Of a stretch of 64,000 nucleotides of DNA, positions 22,901-32,040 are shown in pieces. Source of the DNA: an uncultured Hormoscilla sp. (GTDB taxonomy: Bacteria; Cyanobacteriota; Cyanobacteriia; Cyanobacteriales; Desertifilaceae); contig OZ001293.3 of the NCBI GenBank assembly GCA_963921275.4, positions 5,792,001 through 5,856,000 on the forward strand, read 5' to 3'. The position numbers and the translations under genes were made by a program. Below the pieces are notes generated by a model. The model was given only the letters and a program-made list of their open reading frames with translations, had not been told where the DNA came from and did no database searches. The first letter of the stretch is position 1; each line of letters opens with the position of its first letter.

Positions 22901-24280
22901 TTGCAAGGCCAAAAGTTAGCTGAATTTCAGGGGCATGAAAGGCGAGTTAATAGTATCAGTTTTAGCCCGGATGGCAAGGAGTTGGCAACCGCAGGCTCTG
23001 ACGGGACAGCACGCTTATGGAACTTGCAGGGCCAACAGTTAGCTGAATTAAAAGGACATCTTGGTGCTGTCTTGAACGTCAGTTTTAGTCCCAATGGCAA
23101 GCTTTTGGCAACCGCAGGAGCCGACAGCACCGCCCGCCTGTGGTCCTATCAGAGCAAACGGCAATTTGTCCAGCTTCTGGGCCAATTTAAGGGACATCAA
23201 AACTGGGTGACAAGTCTGAGTTTTAGTCCGGATAGCAAGGTACTAGCCACCGCTTCCTTAGATGGCACTACCCGCTTCTGGGACTTGCAAGGCAAACAGG
23301 TGCAGAAGCTCGCAGCACCAGGTAATCACCCCATCAAAAGTGTCAATTTTAGTCCAGATGGCAAGGTACTGGCTACAGTTGGGTCTGACGGTACTGCCCT
23401 TTTGTGGGATATAGAAAACCGACAGCAGCTGAGGGAATTGAAAGGACATCTTGGAGTAGTCTGGAATATCAGTTTTAGCCCCGATGGCCAGCTGCTAGCT
23501 ACTGTGGGTTCTGACAGAACTTTCCGCTTGTGGGACTTGCAGGGCCATCAGTTGCTGATGGTAACAGCATATCAAGGACAAGAGATCCGTAGCATCAGTT
23601 TTAGTCCCGATGGCCAGCAATTGGCTACCGTAGGAGATGAGGGCATTGCTAAATTATGGGACTTACAGGGCCATCAGTTGGCTGAATTTAAGGGTCATCG
23701 AGGCAAGGTGTTGAGCGTCAGTTTTAGCCTCAACTCTCAGCAGTTGGCGACCGCAGGAGAGGACGGCAGCTTCCGCCTGTGGAACTTACGGGGAAAACAG
23801 TTGCTGCAGGTAAAAGCCTATTCTGGTTGGATTAATAGCATCAGTTTTAGCCCCGATGGTCAGAAATTGGCTACCGCTGGAGATGATAATGTTTTCCGCT
23901 TGTGGAACTTGCAGGGGGAACAGCTAGCTGAAGGTAAAGGCCATATTGGCTCGATCCAAAAAATAGTTTTTAGCGCTGACGGTCAGCGATTAGCTACTGC
24001 TGGCAATGATGGCACGGCCCGCTTGTGGGACTTGCAGGGAAATCAATTGGCTCAATGGACCGCCCATGCTGGGTGGGTGACTGGCATTAGTTTGCACCCC
24101 GATGGTACCTTGCTTGCTACCGCAGGAGATGATGGTATTGCTAAGTTATGGCCCATTGAAGAATTCGATCGACTCCTCAGTCGGGGTTGTGATTGGCTCA
24201 GTGATTATCTCGAACATAATCGGAATGTTAGCGAGAAAGACCGCCAAGCATGCGATCTCATACTTGGCGCTGAAGATTGA
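19946..24280 (+). CDS. Caspase-like C14, nSTAND1-type NTPase, TM helix and 14 WD40 repeats
   Basis: YFAGHG and DCCFAG; NPYKGLEPF; Walker A GDTGSGKSS; IDQFHEL; PGALPLL; EPAHDAL; hydrophobic FLSVVAMIALGTGFGGLYFA; 14 SFSPDG..LAT...LW repeats. Confidence 0.92.
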   Translation: MSIPEFNRSIAVIIGINEYRNRIPRLKTAVNDAHTLADLLREKYKYEVLLLLDKEVTRDRLGDLLTAFKQGRIPWTRRKTVKVGSDDRVLFYFAGHGIARDGLDSKDGPAGYILPQDAQREDDRSFVPMQELHDALIALPCRHLLAILDCCFAGAFRWSGYTRDVVRSQRVYAERYDRFINSSARQVIASAAHDEKALDFISQLGDRGAAAGGHSPFAELLFKGLYQYADFTEDNLITATELYLYLYTKLAEKTEKQTPSLFQLKTHDKGEYIFRVPGRQLKLATAPPLDYDSNPYKGLEPFEEADSDIFFGRQRTIDKLWSHLREKNKPPLTVLLGDTGSGKSSLVKAGLLPLLRRENWHILGPMRPCNSPFTALVDTIIISNGSQEKQTEQTLVEKLREWRQNHPTTRLLLAIDQFHELVTICPRRREQKFIALLRKLLTDKVIDLEILIVLRSDLLPHYSKILSDRDRTLLTLFLVEPMTQNELREVIEKPAQERVLYFDPPELVDKLINDVVQMPGALPLLSFTLSELYLKYLQRRGNDRTMRESDYNQLGGVMGALTNRATEEYEALLKLDPAYEKTLRWLMLRMIAIDGGVSTRRRVPRSELRYSKSQDDRRVKTAIESFSSARLIVEGNETGGEPYVEPAHDALVTGWDLLLNWKHEYQEYLTLQRIVNNAAIAWQDNQRQVRDLWDENSRLPKLLEIRKSQDNWLNQLETEFVDRSIKQKRKSQRRSFLSVVAMIALGTGFGGLYFARKIQVGMAEISISIATSEVMFANNQQLEALQQTLQVGGRLKQSLWHKIWPERHLQNQVTTTMQKIVDGVQERNRIEGDLYQVWSVSFSPDGSLLATAESNGTVHLWDKFGKNLSVLTGHTDKVSSISFSPDGQLLATAADDGTARLWDLSNQKLVKMIRHQGKVLSVSFSPDGSALATSGSDGTVSLWDLSGQQLEQFQADRGWVWSVSFSPNGSQLATGSGDGTASLWDLQGQKLAEFQGHERRVNSISFSPDGKELATAGSDGTARLWNLQGQQLAELKGHLGAVLNVSFSPNGKLLATAGADSTARLWSYQSKRQFVQLLGQFKGHQNWVTSLSFSPDSKVLATASLDGTTRFWDLQGKQVQKLAAPGNHPIKSVNFSPDGKVLATVGSDGTALLWDIENRQQLRELKGHLGVVWNISFSPDGQLLATVGSDRTFRLWDLQGHQLLMVTAYQGQEIRSISFSPDGQQLATVGDEGIAKLWDLQGHQLAEFKGHRGKVLSVSFSLNSQQLATAGEDGSFRLWNLRGKQLLQVKAYSGWINSISFSPDGQKLATAGDDNVFRLWNLQGEQLAEGKGHIGSIQKIVFSADGQRLATAGNDGTARLWDLQGNQLAQWTAHAGWVTGISLHPDGTLLATAGDDGIAKLWPIEEFDRLLSRGCDWLSDYLEHNRNVSEKDRQACDLILGAED

Positions 24281-24304
24281 ACTGTCAGGGCGGCGTTCCT
24301 CAAG

Positions 24305-24720
24305 CTATTTCTTGGGTCCTAAAGGGCGATCGCCTGTTATGAGATCGCTACCGAGTCCGGACAGGCCACCTGTGAGTTCTCCGAGATCGCCTGTGAGTCC
24401 TCCCAGATTACCAAAGAGTCCTCCTGAATTTTGATTGTCCAGTCCGCCAAAAATCTGATTGCCGAGTCCTAAAATATCATTACCAATGCCTGCACCCTGA
24501 GAGAGCAGTCCTAACCCTAAAGCTTCACCCAGGGCTATAGGTTGATAGTTAAAGGCTGTCCGCTGATAGCTGAATGCTGTGCGTTGATAGCTGAATGCTA
24601 TCCGCTGTGTTTTGAATGCTAAATGCTGAGAGCAGAAGGCCCGGCGCTGATTCCTGAATGCTGTCCGCTGATTCCTGAATGCTGTCCGCTAATACCCGAA
24701 GGCTGTACTGAAGCTGCCAT
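24305..24720 (-). pseudogene. Degenerate small ORF with QHSGISG heptads and a Gly/Leu-rich tail
   Basis: RBS GAGG and ATG at 24720; 21-bp repeats; internal TAGs and a frameshift; tail GGLFGNLGGLTGDLGELTGGLSGLG. Confidence 0.4.
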
Positions 24721-24774
24721 ATTGTTAATTCCTCAAGTACAGTATTTTCAATCTATCAACGATTATAGCAAATC

Positions 24775-24873
24775 TGGTGGGCGGTGCCCATCCGACGTTT
24801 TTGCCCTCGCCGATGGTGGGCACCGCCCACCCGACGTTTTCCTCATGCGGATGGTGGGCGGTACCCACCCGAC
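24775..24873. repeat. Three GTAG/GTCG-type REP hairpins (GGTGGGC-N3-GCCCA..CGAC)
   Basis: Same family near 6958, 13212, 46556 and 53927. Confidence 0.8.
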
Positions 24874-26510
24874 GTTTTCTTCATACTGTAATAGGGAAAC
24901 TGCTGGGTTGGTTCTATCGTTGCTCCTGTAATCCTTTTCTGGGCGAAAATGTAGTCTTTATTTAGCCATAAAGGGATAAAGGGTACCTCTTCAGCCATGA
25001 TTTCTTGTATCTCAATCAACATCGCTTGACGTTTTTCGGGGTTCGCTTCTTGCCGCTGTTGGTCGATTAGCTCATTCACCCGATCGTTGTAGTAAAATGA
25101 CCCGTGATATTGGCTGGCTCCTGCCTGGCAACCGGCCCTCGCCGAACCCCGATCGCAATCCATAAAGGGCTGAATGTAGTTGTCCGGGTCAAAGAAGTCC
25201 GCATACCAATCTAGTAAGAATGTCGGATATACTCCTTTGTCCAGATTGTCAAAGGCTGTTGTTGATTCTACACTTTTCAGTTCCAGCCGCATCATCCCGT
25301 CCATTTTCTGGTCCGCGATCGCCTTAATGGTACTGGCAATCACGCCCCGTTTGGTAGAATTGGAAGCATACCAGAGTTCTATTATTGCCGGGTTAGCTTG
25401 GGAATATCCCGCCTTTTGCAGCAAGGCTTTAGCTTTGGCTGCATTGCCATCACCGTATTCTGTTTGGAAAACTGGTTTATAGGCATCAAAAGAGGTAGGA
25501 ATCAAACTATAGGCTGGTTGGGCCTGATTTTGCAGCACCCGCTGATTCAGAATTTGCCGATCGATTATCGCTGCTAGGGCCTGTCGGACCTCTAGTTTAT
25601 CCAAGGGGGGAGAGTTGACATTAACAACTATATAGTTTAAGGTATTGCTATCAGTTGTAATGGATTGCCAGCCTGTTTTAGCAGCTTGTGCATCCAGGGC
25701 CTTAATTTGATCGGCATCCAGAGAACCAGCAGCTACATCGATCGCCCCCGTGCGAAAAGCATTGAACAGGTTAGCGGAACCAGAGAATATCTGCATATCA
25801 ATGCCAGGGTTTTGGGGTTTGCTGCCCCAATATTCGTCAAAGACATCTAAGCGGATGATATCAGTGCCAAATTCTGCTAATTTGTAGGGACCAGTACCGA
25901 CAAAGCTGTTGGGCCGGAATTTTCCCGAACCTATTTCATAGGCTTGGGGAGAAACGGCGCAGGCACCTGAAAATGCTAACAGGGCCGGAAAGGCGGTAAA
26001 GGGCCGTCTTAGCTTGATAGTAAGTTCGTACTCTCCTGTTGCTTGGATAGATTCTACTACGTCACCTAGCAAGAAGGAAGGTGGGCCTTCATTTTCGATG
26101 AAGCGCCGCAAGGAAAATGACATCGCTTCGGCATTGAAAGGTGTGCCATCATGAAATTTTACCCCTTGACGCAATGGGATAATGTATGTTAGATTATCTT
26201 TACTGACTTGGGGTAATTCTGTGGCTAGTTGCGGGACTAGCTGGGTCGTGCCTGGGGCATAGCTGTACAGGCGATCACCCAGATTATACAGTAAATTGCC
26301 CGATGCCAGTTCGTAAGCATCTGCTGGATCTACCGTGCGCACCTTCAGGGTTGTGCCGATGATAATGCGATCGGTATTTGATTGAGTTGTAGCGGGAGGG
26401 TTGCTACAGCTAACGACTAGCAAAAAACATAAGCTAAACAAACCCATAAATTGGACCACCGGTCGTAACTTTCTCGGAAAGCGGTTAAATAAGTTCATCG
26501 GTCTTGTCAT
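24843..26510 (-). CDS. Peptide ABC transporter substrate-binding lipoprotein (family 5)
   Basis: Lipobox VVSC, KFHDGTPFNAE, GTGPYKL. Confidence 0.93.
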   Translation of the reverse strand: MTRPMNLFNRFPRKLRPVVQFMGLFSLCFLLVVSCSNPPATTQSNTDRIIIGTTLKVRTVDPADAYELASGNLLYNLGDRLYSYAPGTTQLVPQLATELPQVSKDNLTYIIPLRQGVKFHDGTPFNAEAMSFSLRRFIENEGPPSFLLGDVVESIQATGEYELTIKLRRPFTAFPALLAFSGACAVSPQAYEIGSGKFRPNSFVGTGPYKLAEFGTDIIRLDVFDEYWGSKPQNPGIDMQIFSGSANLFNAFRTGAIDVAAGSLDADQIKALDAQAAKTGWQSITTDSNTLNYIVVNVNSPPLDKLEVRQALAAIIDRQILNQRVLQNQAQPAYSLIPTSFDAYKPVFQTEYGDGNAAKAKALLQKAGYSQANPAIIELWYASNSTKRGVIASTIKAIADQKMDGMMRLELKSVESTTAFDNLDKGVYPTFLLDWYADFFDPDNYIQPFMDCDRGSARAGCQAGASQYHGSFYYNDRVNELIDQQRQEANPEKRQAMLIEIQEIMAEEVPFIPLWLNKDYIFAQKRITGATIEPTQQFPYYSMKKTSGGYRPPSA

Positions 26511-26552
26511 TTGTGTTATACTTTCTTATATTACTATACTATCGGGAGAATA

Positions 26553-26972
26553 ATGTCAGCTAAAGACAAATTACACTATGCTGTAAAGCGAGGTCTCGAA
26601 AAAGAACAGTGGATAATTACGCAGGATCCTCTGACGATTAAGTTTGAGGATAAGGATCTGGTTGAAATTGACTTGGCAGCAGATAGACTCTTGGGGGCTG
26701 AAAGATCGGGAGTAAAAATTGCAGTTGAAATCAAAAGTTTTTTAAATGACTCACCGATGTATGATTTTCACCTAGCGTTGGGACAGTTGTTGAATTACCG
26801 TTTAGCCCTAGCAGCGAATGAACCCGATCGCATTCTGTACTTGGCAGTTCCGTTTACTGCTTATGAGTCTTTTTTCAGACGGCCTCTGCCTAAAGCATCG
26901 ATTCGCCAGCATCAAATTAAGCTGATTTTGTATAACCAAGTTGATGAGGTGATTGTCAAATGGATCGACTAG
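26553..26972 (+). CDS. xisH: XisH family protein
   Basis: MSAKD..H.AVK..LEKE.W.IT.DPL, IAVEIKSF, FHLALGQ, RILYLAVP. Confidence 0.9.
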   Translation: MSAKDKLHYAVKRGLEKEQWIITQDPLTIKFEDKDLVEIDLAADRLLGAERSGVKIAVEIKSFLNDSPMYDFHLALGQLLNYRLALAANEPDRILYLAVPFTAYESFFRRPLPKASIRQHQIKLILYNQVDEVIVKWID

Positions 26973-27325
26973 ATTATTATCGTCAATGCATTCAAAAGCT
27001 GCTAATAGAACGCAGTAGGGGAACGGTGATTAATGCCGAACTTGAGATTCAAAGGATTTTCGATACGGAACGCGATCGCTATCTGGTTGTCTATTTGGGG
27101 TGGGACGAACATCTGCGCGTCTATAATTCGGTTATGCATTTGGATATTAAAGATGGCCAAATCTGGATTCAGCGCAATGAGACCGATCGCCCGATCGCGG
27201 AAGAACTGGTAGAAATGGGCGTTCCCAAGGAGGATATTGTTATTGGAGTTCAACCGGTTGATTCACGTCCCTATACCGGTTTTGGCGGTGCCGCCTCGAC
27301 AACTCCATCGGATATTCTCCAGTAG
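26960..27325 (+). CDS. xisI: XisI family protein
   Basis: MDRLDYYRQCIQ, HLDIKDGQIWIQ, GVPKEDIVIG; overlaps xisH. Confidence 0.9.
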   Translation: MDRLDYYRQCIQKLLIERSRGTVINAELEIQRIFDTERDRYLVVYLGWDEHLRVYNSVMHLDIKDGQIWIQRNETDRPIAEELVEMGVPKEDIVIGVQPVDSRPYTGFGGAASTTPSDILQ

Positions 27326-27433
27326 TCTAGAAACCAGGTAATTCCTTTAAAACCTGGTTTCTTAATCAACGCACCCCTTGTTCGTAATACAATAGCACTC
27401 AGTCGTCAAGGTTCTCAAAGCCAGGAGTGAAAA

Positions 27434-27904
27434 ATGACGGAAGATAATGATAAAGAAAGTCCCAGTTCCAGGGGTTCCTTCATCCCCCAACTGCTAATAT
27501 TGCTAGGCAGTTCCCTATTCATCTTTTTGGGAGCCAAGTATACTATTGATTCCATTATCAATATTTCCGAAATTGTCGGCATTGGTAAGGATATTATAGC
27601 TGTCAGCGCTGTTGCGATCGGGACTTCTTTGCCCGAATTGCTAGTCACCTTTAATGCAGCGAGAAAATGAAACCCAGAAATTGCGGTTGGCAATGTTTTA
27701 GGTTCCAATATCTTCAATGCCTCGATCGTGATGGCCATTTGGTGATTTCCGAAAATATGATAACTGGGAGTTTGCGGACCATGCTGATGGGAACGGTTTT
27801 GTTCTTCTTCGTCACTCAAGATAAACAAGTCACCCGCTGGAAAGGATTGCTATTCTTTATCTTTTATGGGTGATTCATTGGCAATTTGTTCGACTTCTTC
27901 TAAA
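27434..27904 (+). pseudogene. Ca2+/Na+ antiporter (YrbG-like) C-terminal fragment
   Basis: AIGTSLPELLV alpha repeat and AVGNVLGSNIFN, with stops and frameshifts. Confidence 0.75.
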
Positions 27905-28039
27905 ATAGAAACGATCGCTTCAGACTGCGATCGGGACACTGCATCTGATATCTTGACAATTTGATTTCCGGTCATCGCCGTGCCCCAAATACATGCGATC
28001 GCCCCCAATACCCTATCGCTATATTACCCATTCCATATT

Positions 28040-28525
28040 TTACTGTTGGCGAACAATTGCTAGGTTTTTCTGGAGAAAATTATCTATTTCCGAGACCACA
28101 ACTGCTTGCTGGATATTAATTCCTAACACTTCTGCTACTTCTATTACCTCCAAAAAGCTGGCACTTTCATAATTATTCCGTTCGTATTCCGTAATCTTTT
28201 CCACGGGTATTTGGGCGAGACTTGCTAACTCGGCTGGACTTATTTTAGCGGCAATTCTGGCTTTAATCAAGAACTGCGCGATCTTGTCTACAGTGAAGTT
28301 CGTGCGGCCAAAGGCGAACTCATTGTCAGAGTGTGCTTTCAGAGTTTCGTACTCCACTATTTCTGACCGCAGGGCCGCTATATGACTTTCATAAGATTCT
28401 TGCAGCAGTTTCGACCCGGTTTGCTGCTGTTGCCTGTGTTCCAGGGATGCTATCGCCTGTTCAAATTTCTCCACCCAATCTTTGCTGATCCGATACTGGC
28501 GATCGTTTTTAATCATGGTTCCCAT
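28040..28525 (-). CDS. XRE-type HTH protein, probable antitoxin partner of the DUF6932-like gene
   Basis: MIKNDRQY N-terminus; LIKARIAAKISPAELA..YE...Y..AS HTH region. Confidence 0.7.
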   Translation of the reverse strand: MGTMIKNDRQYRISKDWVEKFEQAIASLEHRQQQQTGSKLLQESYESHIAALRSEIVEYETLKAHSDNEFAFGRTNFTVDKIAQFLIKARIAAKISPAELASLAQIPVEKITEYERNNYESASFLEVIEVAEVLGINIQQAVVVSEIDNFLQKNLAIVRQQ

Positions 28526-28919
28526 CTCCTTAAATCTATGGCAATTATTCTTTTGACATTATATTCTCATCTACTGGCTGGTCTGAGGGGAAAATTTCGC
28601 CTCTATATTTTGCTTTTTGGGCTGCGAGATCGTCAATTTTTAGTAAAGTCGGGGCATTCTTTCTCAGGAAGTCAATATCAACATCTTCTCGATCCCAACA
28701 GGCATCGAAGTCACCTGGGTTGGCAGCAACAGTTACAAAGCTACCATTAATGTAGATAGTACGACATCCAGCTGCTTTTAGCTGTTCCATTACTTCCTAT
28801 AGTCCGTTTATAAGTCGCTTGCGACGAGAGTTAGTGCAAAATCTTTCTTTAAATTCTGACCATTCCGCCCAATGGATACCTGGGGGAAGATTACCGTTCT
28901 CGTCAAAAGGGGGTATCAT
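28524..28919 (-). pseudogene. DUF6932-like (nucleotidyltransferase-type) protein
   Basis: MIPPFDENGNLPPGIH...INGSFVT..NPGDFD; TAG at 28797-28799 and a C-terminal deletion/frameshift. Confidence 0.7.
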
Positions 28920-29055
28920 TATCTAAGATGGGTGGTAATTTGAAAACTAGGATAAATTACAGGCGATCGAGACCCTACCATTCGATCGGATATTAGGTCT
29001 TCTGGACGAGTCGTAATTTCTCATGCCTATGATTATAGCATTACCTCGGATACTG

Positions 29056-29268
29056 TCAAGAGATTGCTTGTTTGTTCTCTTTAGCGATTCTAATCAAAAA
29101 CCTTAGCGCCTCATTTACTGATTCTGAATTGGGAAACACTTCTGCTACGTCTGGTTCTAGATGAATTATCGTCTCGCCAAAACTTTTTCTTCCAGGACCT
29201 ACTTTCCTGACACGCAAACGTCGCAAATCGTACTCTACACGAAGTTCATCGGACATTTCCATTTCCAC
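29056..29268 (-). CDS. Small BrnA-like antitoxin-type protein
   Basis: DELRVEYD...LEPDVAEVFPNSESVNEALRFLI. Confidence 0.55.
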   Translation of the reverse strand: MEMEMSDELRVEYDLRRLRVRKVGPGRKSFGETIIHLEPDVAEVFPNSESVNEALRFLIRIAKENKQAIS

Positions 29269-29400
29269 CCTCCTCCATATATTTCTCGCTCTATCCTTGT
29301 TACTATTTTTCAGTACATTTTACTACATTATACTTGACAGTAGACGAAGCAAAAAGAAGCGCGTTCCCTGCTTTCTACATAGAACGATACGATCGCGATT

Positions 29401-29649
29401 TTATAGCTCGACATCTTCCAGTTTAACACCTCGTCCAGCTCGGAGGCTTTCTCTAGCAGACTGAATTCGACGCAGGAAGCGCGGATCCCGCTCCAACCAA
29501 TAATCAAACCAATCGTCGGACGATTTAAAATTAATCAGCATCCCGGCTGGCTTACCATCTTGCATGATCACGATTTTCTCCTCTTCAGCCAGTTTTAGAT
29601 ACCCTGGTAAATTGTTTTGGATTTCAGTCAAGGTCACTTCTTTCATCAT
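29401..29649 (-). CDS. Phd/YefM-family antitoxin
   Basis: MKEVTLTEIQNNLPGYLKLAEEEKIVIMQDGKPAGMLI. Confidence 0.7.
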   Translation of the reverse strand: MMKEVTLTEIQNNLPGYLKLAEEEKIVIMQDGKPAGMLINFKSSDDWFDYWLERDPRFLRRIQSARESLRAGRGVKLEDVEL

Positions 29650-29728
29650 TTTCTCTAAATTGTCCGATCTTTCACCCTCCCGTCCCCTAATGCGGAATAT
29701 CGGGGCCCAGGAAGCGTGCATGTTCCTA

Positions 29729-29947
29729 TTATAATTCTCCCTTACCAACTAATTCAGCCACTAATGGCTTTGACTGTGACAGACGACTCACCGCCAATAT
29801 CGAAAATTATAAAATATTACCTTCTTCATCCACCATTTCCATCACCGCATCGTTGTTTGTTTCCTGCATATAACCGGGTTTATCTGAAAATATCACTTCC
29901 AGATAGTCCCCTTCCTTGTCATACCATACTTTTACATTTGAGGCCAT
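29729..29947 (-). pseudogene. DUF2283-family protein with internal stop
   Basis: VKVWYDKEGDYLEVIFSDKPG...VDEEGNIL*FSIL. Confidence 0.65.
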
Positions 29948-30279
29948 ACTTCCAGATAATCTGTTAATATTTTCATTGCTTTCATTCCGTACCGTCAGGG
30001 CGATCGCTCCCCAGCTTTTTCACGATCCTCTTTGACTCTTAAGGGATACTGCGATCGCCGTTTCTTTTACCAACGCTCGTCAACCTAGCTGCTTACAAAT
30101 ATTATACATCACCTCGGATACTGTGAAGAGATTGCTTGTTTGTTCTCCTTAGCGATTCTAATCAAAAACCTTAGAGCCTCATTTACTGATTTGGGAGGAG
30201 GAGAAATTTCAAGTCATTAGCTATTTCAACAGCACGACGCCGCAAAACAATAAGCAATTGTTGGCTGACAATTAACTAT

Positions 30280-30474
30280 TATTGGCTTACTATAAGCTAT
30301 AGTAAGGTTACTATAAGCCAATATAACCTTACTATAAGCTATAGTAAGTTTACTATAAATTAATGTAACCTTACTATAGCTTATAGTAAGGTTACTATAA
30401 GCCAATATAAACTTACTATAAGCTATAATAAGTTTACTATAAATTAATGTAAACTTACTATAAGCTATTGTAAA
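30280..30474. repeat. Degenerate AT-rich 21-bp tandem repeats
   Basis: Recurring TTACTATAAGC core at 21-bp period. Confidence 0.8.
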
Positions 30475-30873
30475 CGCCAAAGCGACAATTAAATTAGATC
30501 ACCTTGGGGTCGCCAGGGAAGGGTAATCATCAAACCCGCATATAGAACGCCTCGGTAAACTATACCCCGATCGGCCAAGGCCCGCACGGCAGAGGAAAGA
30601 ATCTCTTGTTGAATGCGTTGCATCAGGTTTGGAGTTACAATTGGAGCCGGGGCATAGGCACCCATGCTGCCAGTATTAGCACCCGTATCTCCTGGGCCAA
30701 TGCGCTTGTGGTCTTGGGCGCTCAATAGGGGGATAATTGCTTGACCGTCAGTTAAAGCCAGAATCGAGACTTCTTGACCATATAAGCATTCTTCAATCAG
30801 GATCTGGGAACCCGCCGCCCCAAATTTACCTGTAAAGGCAGCCTCGATCGCGGCTTCTGCTGCTGCTAAAGTA
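30475..30873 (-). pseudogene. purD: Internal purD fragment (duplicate of about 35817-36214)
   Basis: Near-identical to the intact purD segment, with a few substitutions and an indel; ends exactly at the IS982 TIR. Confidence 0.9.
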
Positions 30874-31028
30874 ACCTAAGTTGCGACCTATTAAAAAAAT
30901 ATGAATTACCCACTTAGACTTTACAGATATTTGGGATATTTCGTAGCTTTTGATACAAAATTATATTTTTTTTGTGCTATACGGCGGGTTGGCTGTTTAT
31001 AGGTTATAATGTACTAAAATAATAGTTA

Positions 31029-31192
31029 ACCTAAGTTGCTACCTATAGAACCTCAACTCCTTGCAAAGCGCCAAAATCAGCCAAAATCAGCCAAAATTAC
31101 CTTGTGATTTACCCCAAAACAGCATTTTGGCGAATAAATTTACCAAAATGGCTGTCTGGGAGGTCGCAATTTTTATAGGTAGCAACTTGAGT
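31029..31192. mobile_element. 164-bp IS982-family MITE nested in IS982 copy 2
   Basis: TIRs ACCTAAGTTGCTACCTATA / TATAGGTAGCAACTTGAGT; TSD TAGTTA; absent from copy 1. Confidence 0.9.
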
Positions 31193-31215
31193 TAGTTAAT
31201 TGCTGGGGGATGTAG

Positions 31216-32040
31216 ATGATGGAAGATATGATTACAACAATTTTTGTTCTTTGTGACGAGCTACTAAAAGCGTTAAATATAAAAGAAGATCCACAAGTAA
31301 AAATGAACAATGCCGAAGTGATGACAGTCGGATTAGTTGCTGCATATTTTTTCGGAGGACACCACGATCGCTCTTGTCAATTTATGGTCGAACACAAGTA
31401 TATAAAAAATCTGTTAAGTAAAAGTAGGTTCAATCGTCGATTACACAATATTGACGAACCAATTTGGATGTTTTTCTTCCAAGTTATAGCTCAAACATTT
31501 AAAGAGCTCAATCCGGGTCAAGAATATATTCTTGATAGTTTCCCGGTGCCAGTATGTGATAATATTAGGATTAATAGATGCCAAATTTATAACAAGGAAG
31601 AATATCGAGGGTATATTGCCAGTAAAAAACGTTATTTTTATGGATTAAGAGTTCATATGTTGGTAAACAAAAATGGAAAGCCAATAGAATTTTATCTAGA
31701 TCCTGGTAGTTATAATGATGTTAAAGTTTTGCAATCTTTTGGCTTTGACTTACCATCAAATTCAATAGTTTATGGAGATAAAGCTTATAATGATTATCAA
31801 TTAGAGGATTTACTAAAAGAGTCGTCAAGTATAATGTTAAAACCTTTGCGAAAAAAGAACTCAAAAAGAAAAGAATATTCTTGTTTTGAATATATACAAA
31901 AAGTAACAAGAAAACAAGTTGAAACCTGTTTTAGTCGAATCACCAATTTGTTTCCCAAGTCAATTCATGCTGTTACATCTAAGGGATTAGAGTTGAAAAT
32001 AATTCTCTTTATCATAGCTTTTTGTATCCAATTTTTATAG
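31216..32040 (+). CDS. IS982-family DDE transposase (intact)
   Basis: ILDSFPVPVC, YFYGLRVH, YGDKAY, RKQVETCFS. Confidence 0.92.
   Translation: MMEDMITTIFVLCDELLKALNIKEDPQVKMNNAEVMTVGLVAAYFFGGHHDRSCQFMVEHKYIKNLLSKSRFNRRLHNIDEPIWMFFFQVIAQTFKELNPGQEYILDSFPVPVCDNIRINRCQIYNKEEYRGYIASKKRYFYGLRVHMLVNKNGKPIEFYLDPGSYNDVKVLQSFGFDLPSNSIVYGDKAYNDYQLEDLLKESSSIMLKPLRKKNSKRKEYSCFEYIQKVTRKQVETCFSRITNLFPKSIHAVTSKGLELKIILFIIAFCIQFL

Noticed and set aside
15752..23449. Short antisense and alternate-frame ORFs inside the caspase genes (and similar ones elsewhere)
   Set aside because: Shadow ORFs of long, well-supported genes, with no recognisable motifs.
26553..27325. fdxN excision element
   Set aside because: No XisF recombinase or nif/fdxN genes; standalone xisHI pairs are common in cyanobacteria.
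30226..30480. 84-aa ORF with IAYSK repeats
   Set aside because: Translation of a degenerate 21-bp repeat, with no independent coding evidence.
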